Shown here in pieces: positions 26,021-39,178 of a stretch of 64,000 nt of DNA. Location: positions 10,726,001 through 10,790,000 of the forward strand of contig NC_045138.2 in NCBI RefSeq assembly GCF_008831285.2. Direction: 5' to 3'. This DNA comes from Nymphaea colorata. Its lineage: Eukaryota. Both the position numbers and the translations under genes were made by a program. Every line of letters starts with the position of its first letter. Position 1 is the stretch's first letter. Below the pieces are notes generated by a model. It was not told the origin of the DNA. It worked only from the letters and a program-made list of their open reading frames with translations, and searched no databases.

Positions 26021-28595
26021 CTTGGTCGTTGTAGCTCGCGGATGGGGACATCAGATCACAGTTGGATGAAGGCTTTCTTGTGGGGAGACAGAATATTTGT
26101 GGTTGACTGAGTAATGTATTAGGTGAGAAGTAAGTAGTGTGGACTTCATACATCAACATATTATTTTTAAATTAATGTGTTGCTAAATGTTAATTTATTT
26201 AGTCATATGCTTCACTCTTATAAAATCTCAGGAGATCATAAGATTTTACGATCTTAGACACCGTGATTTAATATCTTTGACTTAAAATAATGATATATAT
26301 GAGATTTTTTTTGTTTCGAAGATGCATGAAGTTGTACATCCTGAGTTTGTAAACTTTGCATCATAAAATTTATGTTGAATCTTTAGTAAGACCCTCTTCA
26401 TTTTTTGCTTTGATTCGATGAATTTAAAGCACAATAAAGATCTTAAATCAAATGTCCCCAAAGTGATATTACTCCTTCTCTCTTCTTCTAACATTTCACT
26501 TATGCTTTTATAAGGAAAATCACAAAAGGAAACTTATTTTATAGGTCCATATTTCAAGAACTAATTTACTAATTAACTGCATACTCCCACCGTTAAATAT
26601 TGGAAGGTTTAAGTTTAACATCTGTAAATACAAGTAACCGAGCTTGTATGGAAATTTAGTTTCCTTAAACCTCACGCAAACATTCGAGGAGAAGAGGCTT
26701 GGTGGACAAGCCAAAAGGATAGAGTTCACGAGAAAGGGAGGGATGAAATTTCCATATCCAATTTTTGACTTGAAGTTTTCAAACTGGACTGGGATCCGGC
26801 GCCCATGAAATCCTACCTTTATAGATATGATGGGGTCACATCCTCATCCTAACTCCAATCCAAATCTGGACACAGCAACTAGATTTGTAACCCAAGTACC
26901 ACGGCAACTAGATTTGTAACCCAAACACCATTAAGATTTTTTTTTTTTTTTTTTTCTGAATGCTGAATCTGCTTAAACGGATCCAATTTCGAGTCGATAA
27001 CTGCAACTCCAGATCCAAAGTGGTCCGGTAGGAGCCCGGACGTTAGACTTACGAGAGTCACGTCGTCGGTGGATATATATATATATATGTGAGAGAGAGA
27101 GAGAGAGAGAGAGAGAAAGGGACGTCAAGAAAGGAAATGTTTGACGTCGTCTTGAACTTTTATCCCTGTCAAAGGGCTGTTTCGTTTCTGTTTTGTCCAT
27201 GTTCTCAAGGTCAACGTCCTTTTTTCGTTCTTCCCTTTTTCTTTCTGTCCCCTTCCTTTCTCGCGCACCCAACAGCTCTACTTGTTTATTACTTTCTCTC
27301 CCCCACTTTGTCCCTTTCGTCATCGCTATCGCTTCACTTGTTTTCTGGATGACTTGCTGCATATTTAATGAGGTTTCTTGCAGGGGGAAATTAAATTCTA
27401 GCTTTTCAAAATGTTCAACTAAACAATTTTAATTTTTTCACCTTTCACATTTATTGAAATAAGTTAGCAAGTTGTCTTGAGGTAGAAAGTATGTCCCTTG
27501 TTTGATTTTCGATTCGAAGGTTTTATTTTATTGAGCTGAAGATGGATACTCTAATTGACAAATGTATTGTACTCTACCCACATTTCAAGACCATGGTTTC
27601 AAGAGAATAAAGGGGTCTTTGGCGCTTATTTGCTAATAAGTTGTTAACCTCTTTCTCAAAATTGAGAACTTTCTTTTCTTTTCTTTTTTTTCCTTCTTTT
27701 TCCATTTTGAACATGTAGCTAACTTGCGGTGATTCTAAGAACTATGAGTTTTCTAACATTCATATCTAATGGTAAGAGTGATATGAGTTATAGGTGAAGA
27801 TTTTTTAGTAATCCAATTTTAATTCATTCAGGCACGACCCACACAATACATGTATGGTACCAGTAACAAATATGACGTGCAACATATCATTTTGGGTTTC
27901 TACGTGCCTTTATAAAATCTAAATGCACAAATGAACTTAAAATTTTAAGAGTTTAAATGAAAATCACGATTTTATGAATATGCAATTTTAAGTGAGTTTT
28001 ATGATCCAACAAACTTGTGACCATTAAGTTTGAATGTGAAATACGTGTAATAATTTTTATCTGTGTCCTATATTTCTTTATATGTGGAATTTATCATATG
28101 GTCAAATTTCACAGTTTCTGATAGGCAATTTTGAGAATTAAAAAGTAAAGTAAACAACTATAGACATCATATTTATAAATATCCTAATGTACAGACACAC
28201 ACATCGATGGTGAGTCATGAGCTCTCATCTCAATAATTTTGTGTTGTTGGAGTATTGAATTGAGAAGGTAGGGATGATTGTCTCTGTTATGCCACTTTCA
28301 TACCGTTCTCTTCTCTAAAAATGTTATGTTTGGGCAAGCAGGATGATTATCCCACCGCTTAGATGAAAATCGATGCTCTGCCCTCTTTCTCTTGCCCCAA
28401 GGATCCAAAGCTCTGTTGGTACGAGGGTGTGATCTCCACATGCTTCAACTTGTATGTAGAGATACAATAATAGTGAGAAATGAGAATTTTAGTATCCTTT
28501 TGTAAATGATCTTCAGTAACTTTCATATTAATTAATTTAAGGTAGCTCCAATATATCCATAACCATGGTTTTTCCAGTTTGTTTTATGGGTTTTA

Positions 28596-28739
28596 GGGTC
28601 TGTTTGGCAAAGGAAATATTTAATAGTTGTTTCATAATAATGACTCAAATATTTGAGCATTCATGAAAGTATTTCGTAAATCTGTCCTAATCTTTTGAAC
28701 ATATTCATGTAACAGTTATTCTTATTACCAAATGGCCCC
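28596..28739. mobile_element. Tourist/PIF-Harbinger-like MITE
   Basis: Imperfect terminal inverted repeats (TIRs) GGGTCTGTTTGGCAA...TTACCAAATGGCCCC with TTA on both flanks. Confidence 0.75.
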
Positions 28740-28750
28740 TTAAGAGAACG

Positions 28751-29286
28751 TTTGGATCTTGGGTTCGGATCGGGTCTGAATTGATATGAAGGCACAAATT
28801 GGGATGAAATGAGTCCATGATTGAGATTTGGATCAAGGTCTTGATCTAAAGTTCTATTATGGATCCAGTTTTATAATTTGGATTTGGATATGGGTTTATT
28901 TTGGATCTAGATTAGACCTAGGGTTCTTTTTTGGATCTAAGACTAATATTTGGAGTTAGATATGGGTCTAGAGCTCTATTTTGGATATGGATCTGGGCTT
29001 TGCATCTGAATTTGGATCTAGAGATTTGTTTTAGGCTTCTATACGAGTTTTTGAACTGGATCCCAGTTTGAATTATAAAATAAGTCTAAATTGAGATTGG
29101 ACATTATGTCCAAAGTCTGAAATTAGATCTAAATAAGTTGATAGTCAGATAAAAGAAGAAATTGATCATAATGAAGAGAAATTGAAGTGTTTGAAGCCGA
29201 AAATCCTTAAAAACTGTTGTAAAATTATCATGAAATGTTCAAAAAAATGCTAATTATATAATTTTGGAAAATTTGGGGTGATTACA
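28751..29286 (-). mobile_element. Inverted copy of the 5' part of the LTR-like repeat at 899-1421
   Basis: The reverse complement begins TGTAATCACCCCAAATTTTCC and aligns colinearly with 899-1421 (e.g. CCCAATTTGTGCCTTCATATCAATTC, CCAATCTCAATTTAGACTTATT). Confidence 0.85.
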
Positions 29287-29576
29287 AACATAAAATTTCA
29301 ATGTTCCATAAGTTTTGCCTAATTCTTTTTGAGGAAAATAACTCAAGATAGAAGTTTTCGTGGTGAGATTTCAACTGCATGGAGATTAGGGACTTAGCTT
29401 TAACTTTGAAATGAGTTTATTCTAGAAACTTGTTTTGTCACCAAAATGTAATATTTATTAGAAAAGAAAAGTAAACTCGATCAACAGTAAATTTTTATCT
29501 AGAAAGAAGTGATGGATCTAGGCACCACAAATCAACTTTTGCATAAGGTTGGTTTATGTAAGGAGATGTATCTTTA

Positions 29577-29757
29577 GGGGCTTTAGCACCAATAACAAAT
29601 TGTTACACCAATAACAAATTGTTACTGTCAAGTAAATTTGCCCAAAAAATTGGGGCAGATTCATTGAACCCAACAATATAGTGTTTCATAAATCTACCTC
29701 AAATTTCGAGGCACAACCAATGAACAATAACAATTTGTTATGGGTGTCAAATGCCAC
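29577..29757. mobile_element. Tourist-like MITE, same family
   Basis: GGGGCTTTAGCACC...GGTGTCAAATGCCAC termini preceded by TTA; inverted TAACAAATTGTTA/TAACAATTTGTTA. Confidence 0.6.
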
Positions 29758-32700
29758 TTTAAGGTCATTTATCAATGAGAATAATAACAAATAGTTTCAC
29801 AAATCTTTTGCAAACATTGTGGTAGATTCATGGAACAATATAATATTAACATATTGTTCATGAATATGCTGCAGTATTTGGGAAAGATTCGTGGAACAGT
29901 TTGTTAATATTCTTATTATCGAACGACTCCTTTGGATTAAACTCTTGATTTCCATTTCTAGGTTGGCAATCCTAATTTCTATTCCCTTATACAATAAGGG
30001 AGATTTTGACCATTTATAGCCATTTAATATCTTTTTACTGTCAGTTGCCAATATAGACAAACTCGTATTTATTTTGGTTCTTGCTCATTTCTTGGGCGTA
30101 CCTTTATACAGACATATAGCCATATAACCTAAAACCATGGTTTAAGCCTTGTTTAAAGGTTTATAAATGTTAGGACCAATCTGTACTATTGTTTTTCGTA
30201 AAGAAGTGATCACAATTTGTTGTTAAGAAAACTTTCTCTAATTTTTTATACAGATTAGATTGTTCGCAACCCATGTAAGTATATGCTTCACATTCCTTAT
30301 GCCATATTTCGTAGATGTTGAACTTAATTTAACCCAATGACAATTGAAAGAGAAAATGAGATGCTTTGACAAATATATTCACCAGGGCTCACTTATTACC
30401 AAGTATAGATGCCATTTTTTCGAAAACCAATTATCCAATGTGGCCTGGCCTATGCAGCAAATTTCTCTCTCATTCTCACATTTTCCAAAAATAGGTGAGA
30501 GGTAACCAAAACCCGTCATTTTTTTCTTCTCACTGCCTCCAAGTCAAAAGCAACGTGGGGCATAGTACACTTTAAATTCTTTTAGGGCACCTACATAAAA
30601 TTAAACAGGTTTTTTGTGTTGCTCGCGTGAGTCATACCAGCTACTCAAACAAGTTTTTATATCTCGCTAACTAATAAAATTATAACGCAAAACCAAACTG
30701 ACGATCGGATTGCCACCAGCCAGCCAATCGAACCAACCCCATGCTGAAAGTAAAAACAGTTAAAATGATTATTCAATTAAAAGACACCGACAGAAATATC
30801 GTACTTCTTCCAAAAGGTCAAAAAAAAAAAAAAAAAAAAGTTAAAAATGAAAAACATCTTCCGATGCAAATCATGAAAAAGAAGGGGGACCTGCCAGAAA
30901 AGAGTTGTCCTCAATAAATTCGGGGCTTCATTTTCCCTGACAGTTTGGACGAGAGGGTGTTAGGAAGGCGAAAGCGACATTTAAAATTCCTTCTGTGTCT
31001 GTGAGACGGGGTCGGTGTGTGCGCGGGAGAAGACGCGTTCAGTTCTTCCCGTCGGCGTTGAAAGGGAGGGGGTGAGGTCAGCCTTATTATTATTCAATGC
31101 CAGTAACATTCACCACTTGTCTGACTTGTATCCAATTTTTAATAAATGGCTGAATCTGTATTATAGAGAAAATCTATGGGCCTGAACCCTTTTATTTTCT
31201 TTTAATTAAACGTTTAGCGGTTGTTGCTGCTTTCTTTTGGTTATTTGCTGTCTTTACAGGCCGATTAAGTTTTTTTAATTAGGTCCCAGTCTTTAAGGCT
31301 AATTTCCTTTCGGCATCCACATTTTCTTTAATTTCTAAGAATGGGCTGCACGTTTTTTTTCCTGGACTTGGAACTGGCTAGATACTTTTGAGTGCGGTCG
31401 GAAAGACATTTTTGTTTCATTAATATGGATGAGTTAAAGAAAGTGAAGCTAAATTCGTTGACGCTTTTCTTTTTGTATTCATTTAGTAGTTGAAGGAGGT
31501 TCCGAATTTTAAGAAATTTTGCATCATCAGCTACCTAAAACTAAATTTTTTAATAAATTTCTAAAACTTAATTTCTTACAATGCAAAGGACTAAGAAATG
31601 GCTACGTTATTTATGCTTTTAAGCAGTTTTTTTTTTTTCTAAAAATTGGATTTTTCACAAGCCAGTTTTGATCGTCATCCAAGCATACTAGCGGCATGAA
31701 AAAGAAAGTTGCTTTTCTTTGAAAGAATTTGGAAAAATAAAAAATCTATGTCTATTTTCGAAGTCCCTAAATAAAATTTTGCCTACCTTGTTTTCTGAAA
31801 AGAAGCACTTTACAGGAGCTCCTTTCCGACAATTACTAGAAAACTGACCGCTCAAAACAAAATCCAGAAAAAGACTGAACCTTTCCTGAATTTAGAAAAC
31901 TGACAGGATTTACTCTAAACCTAAAAAAAACAAAAGAGATATAAAAAAAAAAAAGGGTAATGGCTTTGTGCGGCTTCATCGTACAACGTCGTGTACTTTT
32001 TGGCTGCCAGCTCACCGCAAGGACTCTGCTGCCGTGGGGGCTATTACCTTTCTGATTCTCCTTCTTTTCAAAACAAAAATAATGTACATTCCGTTTATAC
32101 CCTCACTTTCCCAATTAATTGACCGCCTCACCTGTTGTTGTTGGCTTGAGTAAGCGGTGACGACAGGCCTTCTTTTTATTAAAAAAAAAAAAAACAAAGA
32201 AAATAAATGAAAACTTCCGGCTCAAGTTTCGATTAGGGGACTCACGTCTTCAAACGCCGGACCTCCCCTTTCTCGTCTGAGGGAAGACCTTTCCTCACCC
32301 TGCTACCGGGGGATAAAGCGTCTTTGACAAGTTTAGTTTCCGTTGGATAAACGGGTTCCGAGAGTTTTTCCCTTCTAGGACAAGTTTTTCTTCCCATGTA
32401 TTTTTATTTACCTATTTTTGGGGGGGACTTTCTTGGGCGGTAAAGGAGCAAGAGACTTGGTCAGGAGAGAATATACAAGGTGGTTGACTTTCTTGTGACA
32501 CTTGACTTGGGTGTAGCTTCTTAAACAAGTTTCAACGTAAGGCATGGACCTCGATGCCCACCCTTACATCCATCAGCCAATCTAGTGAAAACTTCATCTC
32601 TTAGCTTACAAGCATAATATTAATTGTTGTGTCAATTAATATATATATATATATATATAGCAAGTTCCCAACAAAAGGATGCATGGTGGTGAGCAATATA

Positions 32701-35688
32701 AATTTTCTTTTACAATTTCAATGATGCGTTTTTTCACGCTTTACTGACGTGCGTTTGTGCCATGAAGACTCTGTTTTCCTGGCGTGGCACTCGTTATTGA
32801 CATACAATATTTGACAAAGAAAACAAGCCCCAAGTACTTCGAAAACAAACACAATACGTATTTTACCTGGTTTCAAATATGGTTAGCCATAAAAGGCTGA
32901 AGTCGTGGCTGGAAAATGTGTTTTACGTTTACATATAATACAACGTCGATTCTTATCAAACCGACAATGAAAATCACACTATCCAAATCAAATTTCATTG
33001 AAAGAACAAAATTAAATAATGACTTTTATTAAATCAACAATGTAGATCGCACCATAGTCAATTTTCATTAAAGGAACACAATAAAATAATATTTTTTGAC
33101 AGTCCAAAATGTTGACATTATTCTAAAGGTATGTGTAAGTAAGTTTTTTGCCAAGCTCCAACTCAAGGAGGACTTGTATTGGAAAGGCCGTCAAGAGGTA
33201 CCAAGTACACTGTGTGCACATGCATGACATGCATTCCTGGACGCACACCCAAGGGATACGTATCATGCACATGGACTTGGTGCACAAGCCTCTGCATGTA
33301 AGCAGTTTCATTAGGTGCACATTTGTCTTTGGCCCCAATACATGACCTTTTAGATGCAAGGATTGACCCAAGGCAGAGATGCGTGGGGTTTTATTAGAGT
33401 GTGTGTCTTACAAAACTATTCTGAAACCTTAAATTTATAGTTGAACTTAGGTGAACTTGGGTCCAGTTATGTAAGACACACCCATGAGACCTGCATCATT
33501 GCCCCCACGAGACTTGGGTGAACTAGTTGTTAACTATGTATTTAGTAACCCATGCAGCCCTTTAACAATTAATATTTGTGGGCGGCGGGCTTTCTGGCCG
33601 TTCGCAAACACTATTTGCCAATGGCAGCCCCATGCATACACATATGCCAAACTTCCTTTGAATTCTCTTAACCTTGTTTGGGATTGGGACGGGATAAGAC
33701 AAAATATTCTTTCACATCTCGTGAGAGAGAATCCAAATTCGTGAGAATGAATTGTTTGATTTTCTTAATGTGAAAATGGAGTGCTTCACTATCACAAGGT
33801 CTTTTCACGTAGAATTTGGAGAGATAACCAACTCCTTGAGAATCAAGTGCTTTGATTTTCTTAAATGTGAAATCAATGAAATGGAACGTCTTCAAATATT
33901 GTTAAGTGTGTTTCACGTTGTATTTCAGTGTTTTGTGTTTTATCTAAAAAAGGAACAAAAGCCTTGAATCAATTGGTAAGGAGTAACCTTATGGTAGTCC
34001 AGTCTACCGTCTTCCCCTTGCCTCCACTCTACCGCCAGTGCATCGGTGGCTCAATGTGTTACAATTAATTAGACTCTAAAAGTCTTAATCCAACATATTA
34101 TAGCTATATTGGTTAATCTATTGGAGCCCATACATGTAGTGTTTATGTTAAGTAAGCACTTTCATAATTCGTATGATCACTTTCAGAAGTTTGGCAAACA
34201 ACAAAAAAATTAACATGGACGTTCAAGGGCCATGGCCCCCCTGACTTTTCTGAAAGTAGAATATTACCACCTAATATTTTTTAAAATTTTAGCTTGGTAC
34301 CAATAAACTTTTTGAAATTTATTCAATGGCTCCCTAAAAAAACACCTTGTCTCCACCACTGACTGGCAAATATAACAATTTGTAACTGTTCTATCAATAT
34401 GACTCAAATATTATGGTAGGTTCATCCAACACTATTATTCCATTTGCCAAACAGATCCTTAAAAAAACGAGACTACAACAAAATTCATTCAGACGAGAAT
34501 AACAAGGCTAGCATTTGACTTCATGAAAATTGAACTCTTATACGTCCCACTCATTGTAGAAGAGAAAGGTACAATAACATTTGGTTCGAGGATGAATCCC
34601 TAAGCTTAGGCAACTTGTCATTGCTGAGAAGGATGTTTACAAGGTTTCTCTATTCAAATATGTCTAAGGAAGGGAGTTGAACCATTTTCTGAGGGAGGCC
34701 TAAGGTAATCGACATGAGTGGTTTGAATATTTTTTGAAAATACAACAATGTGCATGCAGATCTCATCCAATATTTATTATACTTAGAATACTTGCAACCT
34801 CATACATGTAGGAAGCACTTAAAGATGTGCATCCCTATTTTTGCCTTTACTGAGAGTTTTAACCAATCAAGGGCATTTTGTTCATGTTCCACTAACATTA
34901 TAACCTGTTTCGTTCCCTTTAACATCACAAATAATTTGGTTATTTTGCAGCCTCTTATGTGCAAACATATATTTTTGTAGACTAAAAGAAAGCATCCTCT
35001 GAAAGGTATAGCTCAAATGGTTGGTTATGCGGTGTGTTGCTAGTTTGACCTGCAGGGCGATGGTAGGTGGGTCTATACACACAAGTTAGTTGAAGCATGT
35101 GGATATCCTGTATGTTAACTCCTATGACAAGGAGAAAGAAAGAGGAGGAAAGTGAAGGTTTCAGCTCTATGTTGAACGATGAACTTGAGAAAAAACAAGA
35201 AAAAGAAAACACCCCTCAGCGTCTTTGCTGGTAAGAGGACTCCGTCTTGAGTCGCCGCTCGTGGCGATGGCTGCCGCATGTGACATGGGCGCAGACCTCG
35301 CCGTCTCCAAGCGGCACAAAAAGGGACAAAAGAATTCTCGATGTCAACTACGTGCCATGAATGAAGACTGTAGTGTATTTGTAGATGAAAGATTAAAGAG
35401 CAACTGAGGATGAAATTTCACCAAATCAATTTCATATTAGAAGAGTGACGGCCTTTTTTGTCCCTCTGTTTTCCATGCACGCCAGCTTGTCGAGGGGGCC
35501 CCAACCCACCTCTCTTCCTCCTCTTGCTCGTCAACACACGTGCCTGCTTTGTAGAGAAAGAGAGAGCTGGTGGAGCGAGAGAGGTCGAGGGATTTAGAGA
35601 GAGAATGAGCCATGAAATTGCAGGCTGCTCCCAGCCCTTCATCTGTGCCACCCATGGACACACACAGAGACACCGCCGCTATCATTAG

Positions 35689-35697
35689 CTATAAATA
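35689..35697 (+). promoter_or_regulatory. TATA box candidate of the IQM gene
   Basis: CTATAAATA about 420 bp upstream of the ATG, followed by a CT-rich leader; a CACGTG G-box lies near 35497. Confidence 0.5.
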
Positions 35698-36112
35698 TGG
35701 AGACACCCAAAAATAACCATCACCAAATAACACTGCTTTCTCTCCCTCTCGTTCTCATTCTTTTTAGCTACTCAGAATCCTCGCTGTCTGCCCAAGAGCG
35801 ATTCCAGGACGGAGTTTTGGAAAGGTTGTGGACACCATCAACAGCTTCAACCGTGTCGTTGGCCGTTCTCAGGCAAGAAGAAGAAAAAAAACTGCCTTAC
35901 CCTCGCCTCTCCCTCTCTTTCTCTCTCTTAATCTGCTCGCCCATGCCAAATTTACACATTGCAGGCCTGACATTTGCCTTCTTCTCCGTTTTTCTGTTGG
36001 TGGTCCTTCTGGGAATGTAGGAGCTAGTCGCCTGAGTCTTCACATTTTGACCCCTTCTTTCTCTCTTCGCCTCTCCATGTGGTCTCTCTTACAGGATCGA
36101 GCGGAATAACAG

Positions 36113-39100
36113 ATGGGTGTGCCTCTTTCAATGTTGACCGAGGCGATGGATGACGGTGGTGATGTTCATGGTGCCCATCGCGACGTCTCGAGGCAGAACG
36201 GCGAGACGGTGGTGGTGAGATCGATCAGCTTCAACAAGGGAGACGGGTTGAAGACGGTGCTGAGATCGGTGAGCTTCGATGGCAAGGACGGCTCCGAGGC
36301 CACGGTGTTGAGATCGTTGGGGAGGAACATGATCATCGAAGGGTCGGTCAGTTTCAAGACGAGGGAGCCCAATGCCCACTGCTTGGAGACCGCCGTCAAC
36401 GTCGACCTCCACGGCCGAGTGGACAGCCTCCAGGCGTCTATCTTGGATTCCCCCAAGCATGAGGCGGCCGTGAAATTGCAGAAGGTCTATAAGAGTTTCC
36501 GGACGAGGAGGAACTTGGCGGATTGCGCCGTCCTCGTCAACCAATTCTGGTTGGTACCCTTCCTTTCTTTTATTTTCTCCTCCTCTGTAGTTTGTTCTCT
36601 GCTTGGTGTTGTTCTGAATATGTGAGACTAAGCAGCATTGGCATGTTCTCTTAGAAAGGTTGATCATGATTGTCGTTTTTTCCTTTTTCCTTTCCATTTT
36701 CCTGGTTTCAGGTGGTCGGCTCTAGATTTTGCGACCCTGAAGCGAAGCTCGGTCTCATTTTTTGACATTGATAAGCCGGAAAGCGCCGTTTCAAAGTGGT
36801 CAAGGGCGAGAACCAGGGCTGCCAAGGTGGGTTAATGGAGAATCAGACGCACTGAAAATATGAAATTTTCCATCAATTTGCTTTTTGGTAGAGTCGATTT
36901 ATTTTTGGATTTTCATGTCTTGTTCATCACAGGTTGGTAAAGGCTTGTCTAAGGATGAGAAGGCTCAGAAGCTGGCTTTGCAGCATTGGCTTGAAGCTGT
37001 ATGTTTGTCTATAAATCTCTTATTTTCTCTTTTGTGTCTTTTTCCAAAAAAAAAAAAATAATGTTGTTGACTTGGGATTCTTTTTCACGATGTTTGCAGA
37101 TTGACCCACGGCATCGTTATGGTCATAATTTGAATTTCTATTACGATAAGTGGTTAGATTGCGACAGTAAGCAGCCATTTTTCTACTGGTAAGTAATGAA
37201 ACAAAAGATGCGGAATATTTGTTATCGTGCTGTGAAAAAATTTACTATTGATTCCTAGTTCAGGATGTGATCCGATTTTCTTTTCACAAAATATTTTTTC
37301 TTGAGAATAACTCGTAAAAGGAAAAAACATTTGTAGGTTGGATGTCGGAGAAGGAAAGGAGGTTAATCTTGACAAATGCCCAAGGCCTAAACTTCAGCAA
37401 CAATGCATCAAGTACCTCAGCCCAGTAAGTGATGCCTTCGTTTTCTGATAGCAGTCTTTTTCTTCACTTATCAACGTATTTTCTCTGGATTGTCGCTGTT
37501 GTACATCGTCCTTTTATCCTCAAAGAATCTCCAATGAATTTCTTGACACCAATAGCTTCTGTTTGGGTAAACATTTTCATGACGGTCTATAAATAAACCT
37601 TCTTAAGCCTGGATTTGCTAATTTCATATGTACAATCATATGGCCGGCTAATTTTTCACATCAAACTTTTCTCTCCCGCAATTTCAACCTGCATCAGAAA
37701 ACTGTCTCCATTAGGAGCATGAGCATGTTCCTTATGGAGTCCTGAATTGTAGAAATGTGATTTGACCAGCTAACGTTCATCATCTGAGAATGAAGAGTTC
37801 AGTTTTCTCCTCCCTGGTCTGCTGCACCTTTTCAACAGGATTACAACAAGAAGTGCTCATTTTTTCTCTGTTTTTTTTTTTTTTTTTTGGTTTTCTCAGA
37901 AAGAAAGGGAGGCCTATGAAGTGATTGTGAAGGAGGGGAAGTTTGTATTGAAGAAGAGTGGGAAGTTCTTAGATACATCTGAAGGAGGCAACGGTGCTAA
38001 GTGGATATTCGTCTTGAGTACATCCAGGGCATTATATGTGGGGCAGGTGAGGTTGAACCCCTAAGTCATTCGACTCATTTCTTACAGATGCTCTGTTGTG
38101 ATTAGTGTGAATGGTATTAATTGGTGTTCTATTTTGTGCTTAATTTGCAGAAGAAGAAGGGTACCTTTCAGCATTCAAGCTTTCTTGCTGGAGGTGCAAC
38201 ATCAGCTGCGGGAAGACTTGTTGTGCTAGATGGAGTACTAAAGGTATGCACCATACCACAAAATATCTAATGGGAGGGATGAACCAATGGTTCAATCTTT
38301 CTGAATTCTGATGCTTTAGTGTTATTTTGACGGCGAGAATGCTGATTTACATCTTCTGTATCCCAGGCTGTCTGGCCTTACAGTGGCCATTATCGTCCAA
38401 CCGAAGAGAACTTTCGGGAATTTGTGAGCTTTCTTGAAGAGAATGGAGTGGACTTCAGCGATGTCAAGGTCTGTTTCCCTTACCATGCATTGGACTTTTT
38501 ACCTTTCATCAGAAGCCTTGTGAAAAATTGAGATTGTGAAAGCTGCATCTCATTTTGGTGCCAACTTTTCCTTGTCCTCAGAAAAGTCCAGCAGACGGAG
38601 ACGATGAAGTGATCAGAACAGAAGGAAGCAGAGTTGGAGCCTTAAGAACCAGCTCCTCTGAATCAGACATTGCCGATTCGTTGGATGAAGAACGGGTAGT
38701 CGGAAGCCAAGCAGTGCCTGTGGAAGGAACCACTGCTGACCAAAAGGATAATTTGATACCAAACATAGCACCTTCATTAGAGAGATCAGAAAGTGACATC
38801 GACACCACCACCACCATGGGATTGGATGGTAGTCACAATGTCAATGGCTTCAATTCGAGCGATGATGAAACAGAAGGGAAGTGTCAGCAGTACTCACACT
38901 TCCGCAAGAAAAATCTATTCGACCAAGAGAACCGCAGGCTAGAAGTACAGGTGTTGCCAAAGGAAGCTCTTCTTCACAGGATAAATTCCAAGAAGGGAAT
39001 GGTAGCATATCAGTTAGGAAAGCAGTTATCATGCAAATGGACATCAGGAACGGGACCTAGAATAGGCTTTGTAAGGGACCATCCTTCAGAATGGCAGTTC

Positions 39101-39178
39101 CGAGCACTCGAGCAAGTGAACTTGTCTCCAAGATCAACAGCAACTAGTAGGTTTTGTAGCTCTCCAAGACCAACATGA
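36113..39178 (+). CDS. IQM2: IQ-motif calmodulin-binding protein, IQM family (IQM2-like); join(36113..36549,36712..36826,36933..36998,37100..37188,37337..37424,37900..38046,38151..38243,38367..38468,38582..39178), 577 aa
   Basis: Nine GT..AG exons in frame (1734 nt). IQ motif [21 protein letters not shown] core [67 protein letters not shown]-terminal [11 protein letters not shown]...[10 protein letters not shown]. The family call is strong; the paralogue number is tentative. Confidence 0.93.

Noticed and set aside
26044..26067. Resemblance to the 5' part of U6 snRNA (GGGGACATC.GAT)
   Set aside because: The match is short; no ACAGAGA box follows, and there is no USE/TATA promoter.
35006..35075. 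tRNA A-box-like TAGCTCAAATGG (and a B-box-like GGTTCGATTCCC at ~22226 minus)
   Set aside because: No cloverleaf or partner box; at most SINE relics.
35697..36020. 107-aa hydrophobic ORF upstream of IQM
   Set aside because: Its ATG overlaps the end of the TATA candidate, so it is likely upstream of the TSS; the composition reflects a CT-rich leader.
36128..36697. 189-aa antisense ORF
   Set aside because: Shadow of the GC-rich IQM exon 1.
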